Shown: positions 8,073 through 20,890 of the stretch, one piece after another
Layout: each line of letters starts with the position of its first letter
Position numbering within the stretch: position 1 is the first letter of the stretch
Origin: Utricularia gibba
Taxonomy: Eukaryota; Plantae; Magnoliophyta
Length of the DNA: 21,615 bases
Reading direction: 5' to 3'
Assembly: GCA_002189035.1 (NCBI GenBank)
Contig: NEEC01000231.1
Coordinates: 1-21,615 of the forward strand
Made by a program: the position numbers and the translations under genes
The notes under the pieces: generated by a model
Seen by the model: the letters and a program-made list of their open reading frames with translations, nothing else
What the model was told of the DNA's origin: nothing
Database searches by the model: none

Positions 8073-10870
8073 CATGACATCCTAAATAAAGCAAATGCAT
8101 TACGATTTCGTCGAGTACGACCCGATTGGGCTTAGTAGCCAGACCGAATCTCGGGCCCTGACAAAGCTCCCAACTACAGCACCCACCTTAAAACGGCAAG
8201 CTGTTGCTTGAAAAACCATTTAGGCAGCCGCCGAAAACCCAACGTTGATAAATGCATCACTTATTTTCCGGGCCACAACTGACTATGGGCCTGAGCCCGA
8301 CCCGACCTCTGGCCCAATCCTGAAACCCCCCAAGAGCGCCTTCTGAAATATAAAGTAGAGTGTTGAGAAAACCCATTGGGGTTCTCATGACATCCTAACT
8401 ACAGCAAATGCGTTACGATTTTCGTCGAGTGCGACCCGATTGGGCTTAGTAGCCAGACCGAATCTCGGGCCGGACAAAGCTCCCAACGACAGCACCCGCC
8501 TTTAAATGGCAAGCTGTTGCTTGAAAAACCATGTGGGCAGCCGCCGACAACCCAACGTTAATAAATGCATCACTTTTTTGGCCAGGCTACAAATGACTAT
8601 GGGCCAGAGCGCGACTCGACCATTTGCTCGATACTGGTGCCCGCCTAGAGCGCCTCCTCAAATATAAATCAGGTTGTTGAGAAAACCATTTGGGGTGCTC
8701 ATGACATCCTAACTTCAGCAAATGCATCACGATTTTCATCGAGTAGCACCCGATTGGGCTCAGGAGCCAGACCGAACCTTGGGCCCTAACAAAGCTGCCA
8801 ACGACAGCACCGCCTTAAAACGGCAAGCTATTGCTTGAAAAACCATTTAGGCAGCCGCCGAAAACCCATCGTTGATAAATGCATCACTTATTTTCCGGGC
8901 TACAACTGACTATTGGCCTGAGCCCGACCCGACCTCTGCCCAATCGCCTTCTCAAATATAAGCAGAGTGTTGAGAAAACCCATTGGGGTTCTCATGACAT
9001 CCTAACTAAAGCAAATGCATTACGATTTCGTCGAGTACGACCCGATTGGGCTTAGTAGCCAGACCGAATCTCGGGCCCTGACAAAGCTCCCAACTACAGC
9101 ACCCACCTTAAAACGGCAAGCTGTTGCTTGAAAAACCATTAGGCAGCCGCCGAAACCCACGTTGATAAATGCATCACTTATTTTCCGGGCTACAACTGAC
9201 TATTGGCCTGAGCCCGACCCGACCTCTGGCCCAATCCCGAAACCCTCCGAGAGCGCCTTCTCAAATATATAGCAGAGTGTTGAGAAAACCCATTGGGGTT
9301 CTCATGACATCCTAACTAAAGCAAATGCATTACGATTTCGTCGAGTACGACCCGATTGGGCTTAGTAGCCAGACCGAATCTCGGGCCCTGACAAAGCTCC
9401 CAACTACAGCACCCACCTTAAAACGGCAAGCTGTTGCTTGAAAAACCATTTAGGCAGCCGCCGAAAACCCATCGTTGATAAATGCATCACTTATTTTCCG
9501 GGCTACAACTGACTATTGGCCTGAGCCCGACCCGACCTCTGGCCCAATCCCGAAACCCTCCGAGGGCGCCTTCTCAAATATATAGCAGAGTGTTGAGAAA
9601 ACCCATTGGGGTTCTCATGACATCCTAACTACATCAAATGCGTTACGATTTTCGTCGAGTGCGACCCGATTGGGCTTAGTAGCCAGACCGAATCTCGGGC
9701 CGGACAAAGCTCCCAACGACAGCACCCGCCTTTAAATGGCAAGCTGTTGCTTGAAAAACCATGTGGGCAGCCGCCGACAACCCAACGTTAATAAATGCAT
9801 CACTTCTTTTGCCGGGCTACAGCTGACTTTGGGCTCAAGACCGACCCGAATCCGGCCCGATCTCGGTGACCCACAAAAGCGCCTTGTCAAGTGTAAAGCA
9901 TGCTGTTGAAAAAACCATTTGGGGTGGTCATGAGATCCTAACTTCAATAAAGGTGTCACGATTTTCGTCGAATGGGATCGGATTGTGCTGTGAAGTCAGA
10001 CCGAACCTTGGGTCCGGACGAAGTTCCCAACAACAGCACCCGCAAAAAAACGACAACTTTTCCTCGAAAAAAGCATGTAGGCAGCCGCCGAAAACCCAAC
10101 GTTAATAAATGCATCACTTTTTTGGCCGGGCTACAAATGACTATGGGCCAGAGCACGACTCGACCATTTGCTCGATACTAGTGCCAGCCTAGAGCGCCTC
10201 CTCAAATATAAATCAGGTTGTTGAGAAAACCATTTGGGGTGCTCATGACATCCTAACTTCAAAAAATGCATCACGATTTTCATCGAGTAGCACCCGATTG
10301 GGCTCAGGAGCCAGACCGAACCTTGGGCCCTTACAAAGCTGCCAACGACAGCACCCGCCTTAAAATGGCAAGCTATTGCTTGAAAAACCATTCAGGCAGC
10401 CGCCGAAAACCCAACGTTGATAAATGCATCACTTATTTTCCGGGCTACAACTGACTATGGGCCATAGCCCGACCCGACCTCTGGCCCAATCCCGAAACCC
10501 CCCAAGAGCGCCTTCTGAAATATAAAGTAGAGTGTTGAGAAAACCCATTGGGGTTCTCATGACATCCTAAATAAAGCAAATGCATTACGATTTCGTCGAG
10601 TACGACCCGATTGGGCTTAGTAGCCAGACCGAATCTCGGGCCCTGACAAAGCTCCCAACTACAGCACCCACCTTAAAACGGCAAGCTGTTGCTTGAAAAA
10701 CCATTTAGGCAGCCGCCGAAAACCCAACGTTGATAAATGCATCACTTATTTTCCGGGCCACAACTGACTATGGGCCTGAGCCCGACCCGACCTCTGGCCC
10801 AATCCTGAAACCCCCCAAGAGCGCCTTCTGAAATATAAAGTAGAGTGTTGAGAAAACCCATTGGGGTTCT

Positions 10871-11184
10871 CATGACATCCTAACTACAGCAAATGCGTTA
10901 CGATTTTCGTCGAGTGCGACCCGATTGGGCTTAGTAGCCAGACCGAATCTCGGGCCGGACAAAGCTCCCAACGACAGCACCCGCCTTTAAATGGCAAGCT
11001 GTTGCTTGAAAAACCATGTGGGCAGCCGCCGACAACCCAACGTTAATAAATGCATCACTTTTTTGGCCAGGCTACAAATGACTATGGGCCAGAGCGCGAC
11101 TCGACCATTTGCTCGATACTGGTGCCCGCCTAGAGCGCCTCCTCAAATATAAATCAGGTTGTTGAGAAAACCATTTGGGGTGCT
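10871..11184 (+). repeat. Representative D' monomer: D head fused to A tail (314 bp)
   Basis: D-type up to gccgacaac, then the A-type tail ttttttggccaggctacaaatgactatgggccagagcgcgactcg. The same chimera occurs at 6190, 8386, 10871, 13063, 15256, 17451 and 19639. Confidence 0.92.
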
Positions 11185-11498
11185 CATGACATCCTAACTT
11201 CAGCAAATGCATCACGATTTTCATCGAGTAGCACCCGATTGGGCTCAGGAGCCAGACCGAACCTTGGGCCCTAACAAAGCTGCCAACGACAGCACTCGCC
11301 TTAAAACGGCAAGCTATTGCTTGAAAAACCATTTAGGCAGCCGCCGAAAACCCATCGTTGATAAATGCATCACTTATTTTCCGGGCTACAACTGACTATT
11401 GGCCTGAGCCCGACCCGACCTCTGGCCCAATCCCGAAACCCTCCGAGAGCGCCTTCTCAAATATATAGCAGAGTGTTGAGAAAACCCATTGGGGTTCT
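11185..11498 (+). repeat. Representative B' monomer (314 bp)
   Basis: Has acttcagcaaatgc, ccctaacaaag, cactcgcc, aaaacggc, catttaggc, cccatcg, ctattgg and ccgagagc. Found at 4006, 6504, 8700, 11185, 13377, 15570, 17765 and 19953. Confidence 0.9.
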
Positions 11499-14400
11499 CA
11501 TGACATCCTAACTAAAGCAAATGCATTACGATTTCGTCGAGTACGACCCGATTGGGCTTAGTAGCCAGACCGAATCTCGGGCCCTGACAAAGCTCCCAAC
11601 TACAGCACCCACCTTAAAACGGCAAGCTGTTGCTTGAAAAACCATTTAGGCAGCCGCCGAAAACCCATCGTTGATAAATGCATCACTTATTTTCCGGGCT
11701 ACAACTGACTATTGGCCTGAGCCCGACCCGACCTCTGGCCCAATCCCGAAACCCTCCGAGGGCGCCTTCTCAAATATATAGCAGAGTGTTGAGAAAACCC
11801 ATTGGGGTTCTCATGACATCCTAACTACATCAAATGCGTTACGATTTTCGTCGAGTGCGACCCGATTGGGCTTAGTAGCCAGACCGAATCTCGGGCCGGA
11901 CAAAGCTCCCAACGACAGCACCCGCCTTTAAATGGCAAGCTGTTGCTTGAAAAACCATGTGGGCAGCCGCCGACAACCCAACGTTAATAAATGCATCACT
12001 TCTTTTGCCGGGCTACAGCTGACTTTGGGCTCAAGCCGACCCGAATCCGGCCCGATCTCGGTGACCCACAAAAGCGCCTTGTCAAGTGTAAAGCATGCTG
12101 TTGAAAAAACCATTTGGGGTGGTCATGAGATCCTAACTTCAATAAAGGTGTCACGATTTTCGTCGAATGGGATCGGATTGTGCTGTGAAGTCAGACCGAA
12201 CCTTGGGTCCGGACGAAGTTCCCAACAACAGCACCCGCAAAAAAACGACAACTTTTCCTCGAAAAAAGCATGTAGGCAGCCGCCGAAAACCCAACGTTAA
12301 TAAATGCATCACTTTTTTGGCCGGGCTACAAATGACTATGGGCCAGAGCACGACTCGACCATTTGCTCGATACTAGTGCCAGCCTAGAGCGCCTCCTCAA
12401 ATATAAATCAGGTTGTTGAGAAAACCATTTGGGGTGCTCATGACATCCTAACTTCAAAAAATGCATCACGATTTTCATCGAGTAGCACCCGATTGGGCTC
12501 AGGAGCCAGACCGAACCTTGGGCCCTTACAAAGCTGCCAACGACAGCACCCGCCTTAAAATGGCAAGCTATTGCTTGAAAAACCATTCAGGCAGCCGCCG
12601 AAAACCCAACGTTGATAAATGCATCACTTATTTTCCGGGCTTCAACTGACTATGGGCCATAGCCCGACCCGACCTCTGGCCCAATCCCGAAACCCCCAAG
12701 AGCGCCTTCTGAAATATAAAGTAGAGTGTTGAGAAAACCCATTGGGGTTCTCATGACATCCTAAATAAAGCAAATGCATTACGATTTCGTCGAGTACGAC
12801 CCGATTGGGCTTAGTAGCCAGACCGAATCTCGGGCCCTGACAAAGCTCCCAACTACAGCACCCACCTTAAAACGGCAAGCTGTTGCTTGAAAAACCATTT
12901 AGGCAGCCGCCGAAAACCCAACGTTGATAATGCATCACTTATTTTCCGGGCCACAACTGACTATGGGCCTGAGCCCGACCCGACCTCTGGCCCAATCCTG
13001 AAACCCCCAAGAGCGCCTTCTGAAATATAAAGTAGAGTGTTGAGAAAACCCATTGGGGTTCTCATGACATCCTAACTACAGCAAATGCGTTACGATTTTC
13101 GTCGAGTGCGACCCGATTGGGCTTAGTAGCCAGACCGAATCTCGGGCCGGACAAAGCTCCCAACGACAGCACCCGCCTTTAAATGGCAAGCTGTTGCTTG
13201 AAAAACCATGTGGGCAGCCGCCGACAACCCAACGTTAATAAATGCATCACTTTTTTGGCCAGGCTACAAATGACTATGGGCCAGAGCGCGACTCGACCAT
13301 TTGCTCGATACTGGTGCCCGCCTAGAGCGCCTCCTCAAATATAAATCAGGTTGTTGAGAAAACCATTTGGGGTGCTCATGACATCCTAACTTCAGCAAAT
13401 GCATCACGATTTTCATCGAGTAGCACCCGATTGGGCTCAGGAGCCAGACCGAACCTTGGGCCCTAACAAAGCTGCCAACGACAGCACTCGCCTTAAAACG
13501 GCAAGCTATTGCTTGAAAAACCATTTAGGCAGCCGCCGAAAACCCATCGTTGATAAATGCATCACTTATTTTCCGGGCTACAACTGACTATTGGCCTGAG
13601 CCCGACCCGACCTCTGGCCCAATCCCGAAACCCTCCGAGAGCGCCTTCTCAAATATATAGCAGAGTGTTGAGAAAACCCATTGGGGTTCTCATGACATCC
13701 TAACTAAAGCAAATGCATTACGATTTCGTCGAGTACGACCCGATTGGGCTTAGTAGCCAGACCGAATCTCGGGCCCTGACAAAGCTCCCAACTACAGCAC
13801 CCACCTTAAAACGGCAAGCTGTTGCTTGAAAAACCATTTAGGCAGCCGCCGAAAACCCATCGTTGATAAATGCATCACTTATTTTCCGGGCTACAACTGA
13901 CTATTGGCCTGAGCCCGACCCGACCTCTGGCCCAATCCCGAAACCCTCCGAGGGCGCCTTCTCAAATATATAGCAGAGTGTTGAGAAAACCCATTGGGGT
14001 TCTCATGACATCCTAACTACATCAAATGCGTTACGATTTTCGTCGAGTGCGACCCGATTGGGCTTAGTAGCCAGACCGAATCTCGGGCCGGACAAAGCTC
14101 CCAACGACAGCACCCGCCTTTAAATGGCAAGCTGTTGCTTGAAAAACCATGTGGGCAGCCGCCGACAACCCAACGTTAATAAATGCATCACTTCTTTTGC
14201 CGGGCTACAGCTGACTTTGGGCTCAAGACCGACCCGAATCCGGCCCGATCTCGGTGACCCACAAAAGCGCCTTGTCAAGTGTAAAGCATGCTGTTGAAAA
14301 AACCATTTGGGTGGTCATGAGATCCTAACTTCAATAAAGGTGTCACGATTTTCGTCGAATGGGATCGGATTGTGCTGTGAAGTCAGACCGAACCTTGGGT

Positions 14401-17400
14401 CCGGACGAAGTTCCCAACAACAGCACCCGCAAAAAAACGACAACTTTTCCTCGAAAAAAGCATGTAGGCAGCCGCCGAAAACCCAACGTTAATAAATGCA
14501 TCACTTTTTTGGCCGGGCTACAAATGACTATGGGCCAGAGCACGACTCGACCATTTGCTCGATACTAGTGCCAGCCTAGAGCGCCTCCTCAAATATAAAT
14601 CAGGTTGTTGAGAAAACCATTTGGGGTGCTCATGACATCCTAACTTCAAAAAATGCATCACGATTTTCATCGAGTAGCACCCGATTGGGCTCAGGAGCCA
14701 GACCGAACCTTGGGCCCTTACAAAGCTGCCAACGACAGCACCCGCCTTAAAATGGCAAGCTATTGCTTGAAAAACCATTCAGGCAGCCGCCGAAAACCCA
14801 ACGTTGATAAATGCATCACTTATTTTCCGGGCTTCAACTAACTATGGGCCATAGCCCGACCCGACCTCTGGCCCAATCCCGAAACCCCCAAGAGCGCCTT
14901 CTGAAATATAAAGTAGAGTGTTGAGAAAACCCATTGGGGTTCTCATGACATCCTAAATAAAGCAAATGCATTACGATTTCGTCGAGTACGACCCGATTGG
15001 GCTTAGTAGCCAGACCGAATCTCGGGCCCTGACAAAGCTCCCAACTACAGCACCCACCTTAAAACGGCAAGCTGTTGCTTGAAAAACCATTTAGGCAGCC
15101 GCCGAAAACCCAACGTTGATAATGCATCACTTATTTTCCGGGCCACAACTGACTATGGGCCTGAGCCCGACCCGACCTCTGGCCCAATCCTGAAACCCCC
15201 CAAGAGCGCCTTCTGAAATATAAAGTAGAGTGTTGAGAAAACCCATTGGGGTTCTCATGACATCCTAACTACAGCAAATGCGTTACGATTTTCGTCGAGT
15301 GCGACCCGATTGGGCTTAGTAGCCAGACCGAATCTCGGGCCGGACAAAGCTCCCAACGACAGCACCCGCCTTTAAATGGCAAGCTGTTGCTTGAAAAACC
15401 ATGTGGGCAGCCGCCGACAACCCAACGTTAATAAATGCATCACTTTTTTGGCCAGGCTACAAATGACTATGGGCCAGAGCGCGAATCGACCATTTGCTCG
15501 ATACTGGTGCCCGCCTAGAGCGCCTCCTCAAATATAAATCAGGTTGTTGAGAAAACCATTTGGGGTGCTCATGACATCCTAACTTCAGCAAATGCATCAC
15601 GATTTTCATCGAGTAGCACCCGATTGGGCTCAGGAGCCAGACCGAACCTTGGGCCCTAACAAAGCTGCCAACGACAGCACTCGCCTTAAAACGGCAAGCT
15701 ATTGCTTGAAAAACCATTTAGGCAGCCGCCGAAAACCCATCGTTGATAAATGCATCACTTATTTTCCGGGCTACAACTGACTATTGGCCTGAGCCCGACC
15801 CGACCTCTGGCCCAATCCCGAAACCCTCCGAGAGCGCCTTCTCAAATATATAGCAGAGTGTTGAGAAAACCCATTGGGGTTCTCATGACATCCTAACTAA
15901 AGCAAATGCATTACGATTTCGTCGAGTACGACCCGATTGGGCTTAGTAGCCAGACCGAATCTCGGGCCCTGACAAAGCTCCCAACTACAGCACCCACCTT
16001 AAAACGGCAAGCTGTTGCTTGAAAAACCATTTAGGCAGCCGCCGAAAACCCATCGTTGATAAATGCATCACTTATTTTCCGGGCTACAACTGACTATTGG
16101 CCTGAGCCCGACCCGACCTCTGGCCCAATCCCGAAACCCTCCGAGGGCGCCTTCTCAAATATATAGCAGAGTGTTGAGAAAACCCATTGGGGTTCTCATG
16201 ACATCCTAACTACATCAAATGCGTTACGATTTTCGTCGAGTGCGACCCGATTGGGCTTAGTAGCCAGACCGAATCTCGGGCCGGACAAAGCTCCCAACGA
16301 CAGCACCCGCCTTTAAATGGCAAGCTGTTGCTTGAAAAACCATGTGGGCAGCCGCCGACAACCCAACGTTAATAAATGCATCACTTCTTTTGCCGGGCTA
16401 CAGCTGACTTTGGGCTCAAGCCCGACCCGAATCCGGCCCGATCTCGGTGACCCACAAAAGCGCCTTGTCAAGTGTAAAGCATGCTGTTGAAAAAACCATT
16501 TGGGGTGGTCATGAGATCCTAACTTCAATAAAGGTGTCACGATTTTCGTCGAATGGGATCGGATTGTGCTGTGAAGTCAGACCGAACCTTGGGTCCGGAC
16601 GAAGTTCCCAACAACAGCACCCGCAAAAAAACGACAACTTTTCCTCGAAAAAAGCATGTAGGCAGCCGCCGAAAACCCAACGTTAATAAATGCATCACTT
16701 TTTTGGCCGGGCTACAAATGACTATGGGCCAGAGCGCGACTCGACCATTTGCTCGATACTAGTGCCAGCCTAGAGCGCCTCCTCAAATATAAATCAGGTT
16801 GTTGAGAAAACCATTTGGGGTGCTCATGACATCCTAACTTCAAAAAATGCATCACGATTTTCATCGAGTAGCACCCGATTGGGCTCAGGAGCCAGACCGA
16901 ACCTTGGGCCCTTACAAAGCTGCCAACGACAGCACCCGCCTTAAAATGGCAAGCTATTGCTTGAAAAACCATTCAGGCAGCCGCCGAAAACCCAACGTTG
17001 ATAAATGCATCACTTATTTTCCGGGCTACAACTGACTATGGGCCATAGCCCGACCCGACCTCTGGCCCAATCCCGAAACCCCCCAAGAGCGCCTTCTGAA
17101 ATATAAAGTAGAGTGTTGAGAAAACCCATTGGGGTTCTCATGACATCCTAAATAAAGCAAATGCATTACGATTTCGTCGAGTACGACCCGATTGGGCTTA
17201 GTAGCCAGACCGAATCTCGGGCCCTGACAAAGCTCCCAACTACAGCACCCACCTTAAAACGGCAAGCTGTTGCTTGAAAAACCATTTAGGCAGCCGCCGA
17301 AAACCCAACGTTGATAATGCATCACTTATTTTCCGGGCCACAACTGACTATGGGCCTGAGCCCGACCCGACCTCTGGCCCAATCCTGAAACCCCCCAAGA

Positions 17401-20400
17401 GCGCCTTCTGAAATATAAAGTAGAGTGTTGAGAAAACCCATTGGGGTTCTCATGACATCCTAACTACAGCAAATGCGTTACGATTTTCGTCGAGTGCGAC
17501 CCGATTGGGCTTAGTAGCCAGACCGAATCTCGGGCCGGACAAAGCTCCCAACGACAGCACCCGCCTTTAAATGGCAAGCTGTTGCTTGAAAAACCATGTG
17601 GGCAGCCGCCGACAACCCAACGTTAATAAATGCATCACTTTTTTGGCCAGGCTACAAATGACTATGGGCCAGAGCGCGAATCGACCATTTGCTCGATACT
17701 GGTGCCCGCCTAGAGCGCCTCCTCAAATATAAATCAGGTTGTTGAGAAAACCATTTGGGGTGCTCATGACATCCTAACTTCAGCAAATGCATCACGATTT
17801 TCATCGAGTAACCCGATTGGGCTCAGGAGCCAGACCGAACCTTGGGCCCTAACAAAGCTGCCAACGACAGCACTCGCCTTAAAACGGCAAGCTATTGCTT
17901 GAAAAACCATTTAGGCAGCCGCCGAAAACCCATCGTTGATAAATGCATCACTTATTTTCCGGGCTACAACTGACTATTGGCCTGAGCCCGACCCGACCTC
18001 TGGCCCAATCCCGAAACCCTCCGAGAGCGCCTTCTCAAATATATAGCAGAGTGTTGAGAAAACCCATTGGGGTTCTCATGACATCCTAACTAAAGCAAAT
18101 GCATTACGATTTCGTCGAGTACGACCCGATTGGGCTTAGTAGCCAGACCGAATCTCGGGCCCTGACAAAGCTCCCAACTACAGCACCCACCTTAAAACGG
18201 CAAGCTGTTGCTTGAAAAACCATTTAGGCAGCCGCCGAAAACCCATCGTTGATAAATGCATCACTTATTTTCCGGGCTACAACTGACTATTGGCCTGAGC
18301 CCGACCCGACCTCTGGCCCAATCCCGAAACCCTCCGAGCGCCTTCTCAAATATATAGCAGAGTGTTGAGAAAACCCATTGGGGTTCTCATGACATCCTAA
18401 CTACATCAAATGCGTTACGATTTTCGTCGAGTGCGACCCGATTGGGCTTAGTAGCCAGACCGAATCTCGGGCCGGACAAAGCTCCCAACGACAGCACCCG
18501 CCTTTAAATGGCAAGCTGTTGCTTGAAAAACCATGTGGGCAGCCGCCGACAACCCAACGTTAATAAATGCATCACTTCTTTTGCCGGGCTACAGCTGACT
18601 TTGGGCTCAAGCCCGACCCGAATCCGGCCCGATCTCGGTGACCCACAAAAGCGCCTTGTCAAGTGTAAAGCATGCTGTTGAAAAAACCATTTGGGGTGGT
18701 CATGAGATCCTAACTTCAATAAAGGTGTCACGATTTTCGTCGAATGGGATCGGATTGTGCTGTGAAGTCAGACCGAACCTTGGGTCCGGACGAAGTTCCC
18801 AACAACAGCACCCGCAAAAAAACGACAACTTTTCCTCGAAAAAAGCATGTAGGCAGCCGCCGAAAACCCAACGTTAATAAATGCATCACTTTTTTGGCCG
18901 GGCTACAAATGACTATGGGCCAGAGCACGACTCGACCATTTGCTCGATACTAGTGCCAGCCTAGAGCGCCTCCTCAAATATAAATCAGGTTGTTGAGAAA
19001 ACCATTTGGGGTGCTCATGACATCCTAACTTCAAAAATGCATCACGATTTCATCGAGTAGCACCCGATTGGGCTCAGAGCCAGACCGAACCTTGGGCCCT
19101 TACAAAGCTGCCAACGACAGCACCCGCCTTAAAATGGCAAGCTATTGCTTGAAAAACCATTCAGGCAGCCGCCGAAAACCCAACGTTGATAAATGCATCA
19201 CTTATTTTCCGGGCTTCAACTAACTATGGGCCATAGCCCGACCCGACCTCTGGCCCAATCCCGAAACCCCCCAAGAGCGCCTTCTGAAATATAAAGTAGA
19301 GTGTTGAGAAAACCCATTGGGGTTCTCATGACATCCTAAAAAAGCAAATGCATTACGATTTCGTCGAGTACGACCCGATTGGGCTTAGTAGCCAGACCGA
19401 ATCTCGGGCCCTGACAAAGCTCCCAACTACAGCACCCACCTTAAAACGGCAAGCTGTTGCTTGAAAAACCATTTAGGCAGCCGCCGAAAACCCAACGTTG
19501 ATAAATGCATCACTTATTTTCCGGGCCACAACTGACTATGGGCCTGAGCCCGACCCGACCTCTGGCCCAATCCTGAAACCCCCCAAGAGCGCCTTCTGAA
19601 ATATAAAGTAGAGTGTTGAGAAAACCCATTGGGGTTCTCATGACATCCTAACTACAGCAAATGCGTTACGATTTTCGTCGAGTGCGACCCGATTGGGCTT
19701 AGTAGCCAGACCGAATCTCGGGCCGGACAAAGCTCCCAACGACAGCACCCGCCTTTAAATGGCAAGCTGTTGCTTGAAAAACCATGTGGGCAGCCGCCGA
19801 CAACCCAACGTTAATAAATGCATCACTTTTTTGGCCAGGCTACAAATGACTATGGGCCAGAGCGCGACTCGACCATTTGCTCGATACTGGTGCCCGCCTA
19901 GAGCGCCTCCTCAAATATAAATCAGGTTGTTGAGAAAACCATTTGGGGTGCTCATGACATCCTAACTTCAGCAAATGCATCACGATTTTCATCGAGTAGC
20001 ACCCGATTGGGCTCAGGAGCCAGACCGAACCTTGGGCCCTAACAAAGCTGCCAACGACAGCACTCGCCTTAAAACGGCAAGCTATTGCTTGAAAAACCAT
20101 TTAGGCAGCCGCCGAAAACCCATCGTTGATAAATGCATCACTTATTTTCCGGGCTACAACTGACTATTGGCCTGAGCCCGACCCGACCTCTGGCCCAATC
20201 CCGAAACCCTCCGAGAGCGCCTTCTCAAATATATAGCAGAGTGTTGAGAAAACCCATTGGGTTCTCATGACATCCTAACTAAAGCAAATGCATTACGATT
20301 TCGTCGAGTACGACCCGATTGGGCTTAGTAGCCAGACCGAATCTCGGGCCCTGACAAAGCTCCCAACTACAGCACCCACCTTAAAACGGCAAGCTGTTGC

Positions 20401-20890
20401 TTGAAAAACCATTTAGGCAGCCGCCGAAAACCCATCGTTGATAAATGCATCACTTATTTTCCGGGCTACAACTGACTATTGGCCTGAGCCCGACCCGACC
20501 TCTGGCCCAATCCCGAAACCCTCCGAGGCGCCTTCTCAAATATATAGCAGAGTGTTGAGAAAAACCCATTGGGGTTCTCATGACATCCTAACTACATCAA
20601 ATGCGTTACGATTTTCGTCGAGTGCGACCCGATTGGGCTTAGTAGCCAGACCGAATCTCGGGCCGGACAAAGCTCCCAACGACAGCACCCGCCTTTAAAT
20701 GGCAAGCTGTTGCTTGAAAAACCATGTGGGCAGCCGCCGACAACCCAACGTTAATAAATGCATCACTTCTTTTGCCGGGCTACAGCTGACTATGGGCTCA
20801 AGCCCGACCCGAATCCGGCCCGATCTCGGTGACCCAAAAAGCGCCTTGTCAAGTGTAAAGCATGCTGTTGAAAAAACCATTTGGGGTGGT

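Larger units (their letters stand above)
7444..9928 (+). repeat. 8-monomer HOR variant A-B-C-D'-B'-C-C-D (2485 bp)
   Basis: Monomer starts at 7444 A, 7759 B, 8073 C, 8386 D', 8700 B' (293 bp, deleted), 8993 C, 9303 C, 9616 D. Confidence 0.9.
9929..20890 (+). repeat. Five consecutive 7-monomer HORs A-B-C-D'-B'-C-D (~2.19 kb)
   Basis: A-class starts at 9929, 12124, 14316, 16510, 18701 and 20891 give periods of 2195, 2192, 2194, 2191 and 2190 bp. The MHHDFH ORF starts alternate ~940 and ~1254 bp apart (10266, 11207, 12461, 13399, 14653, 15592, 16847). Confidence 0.95.
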
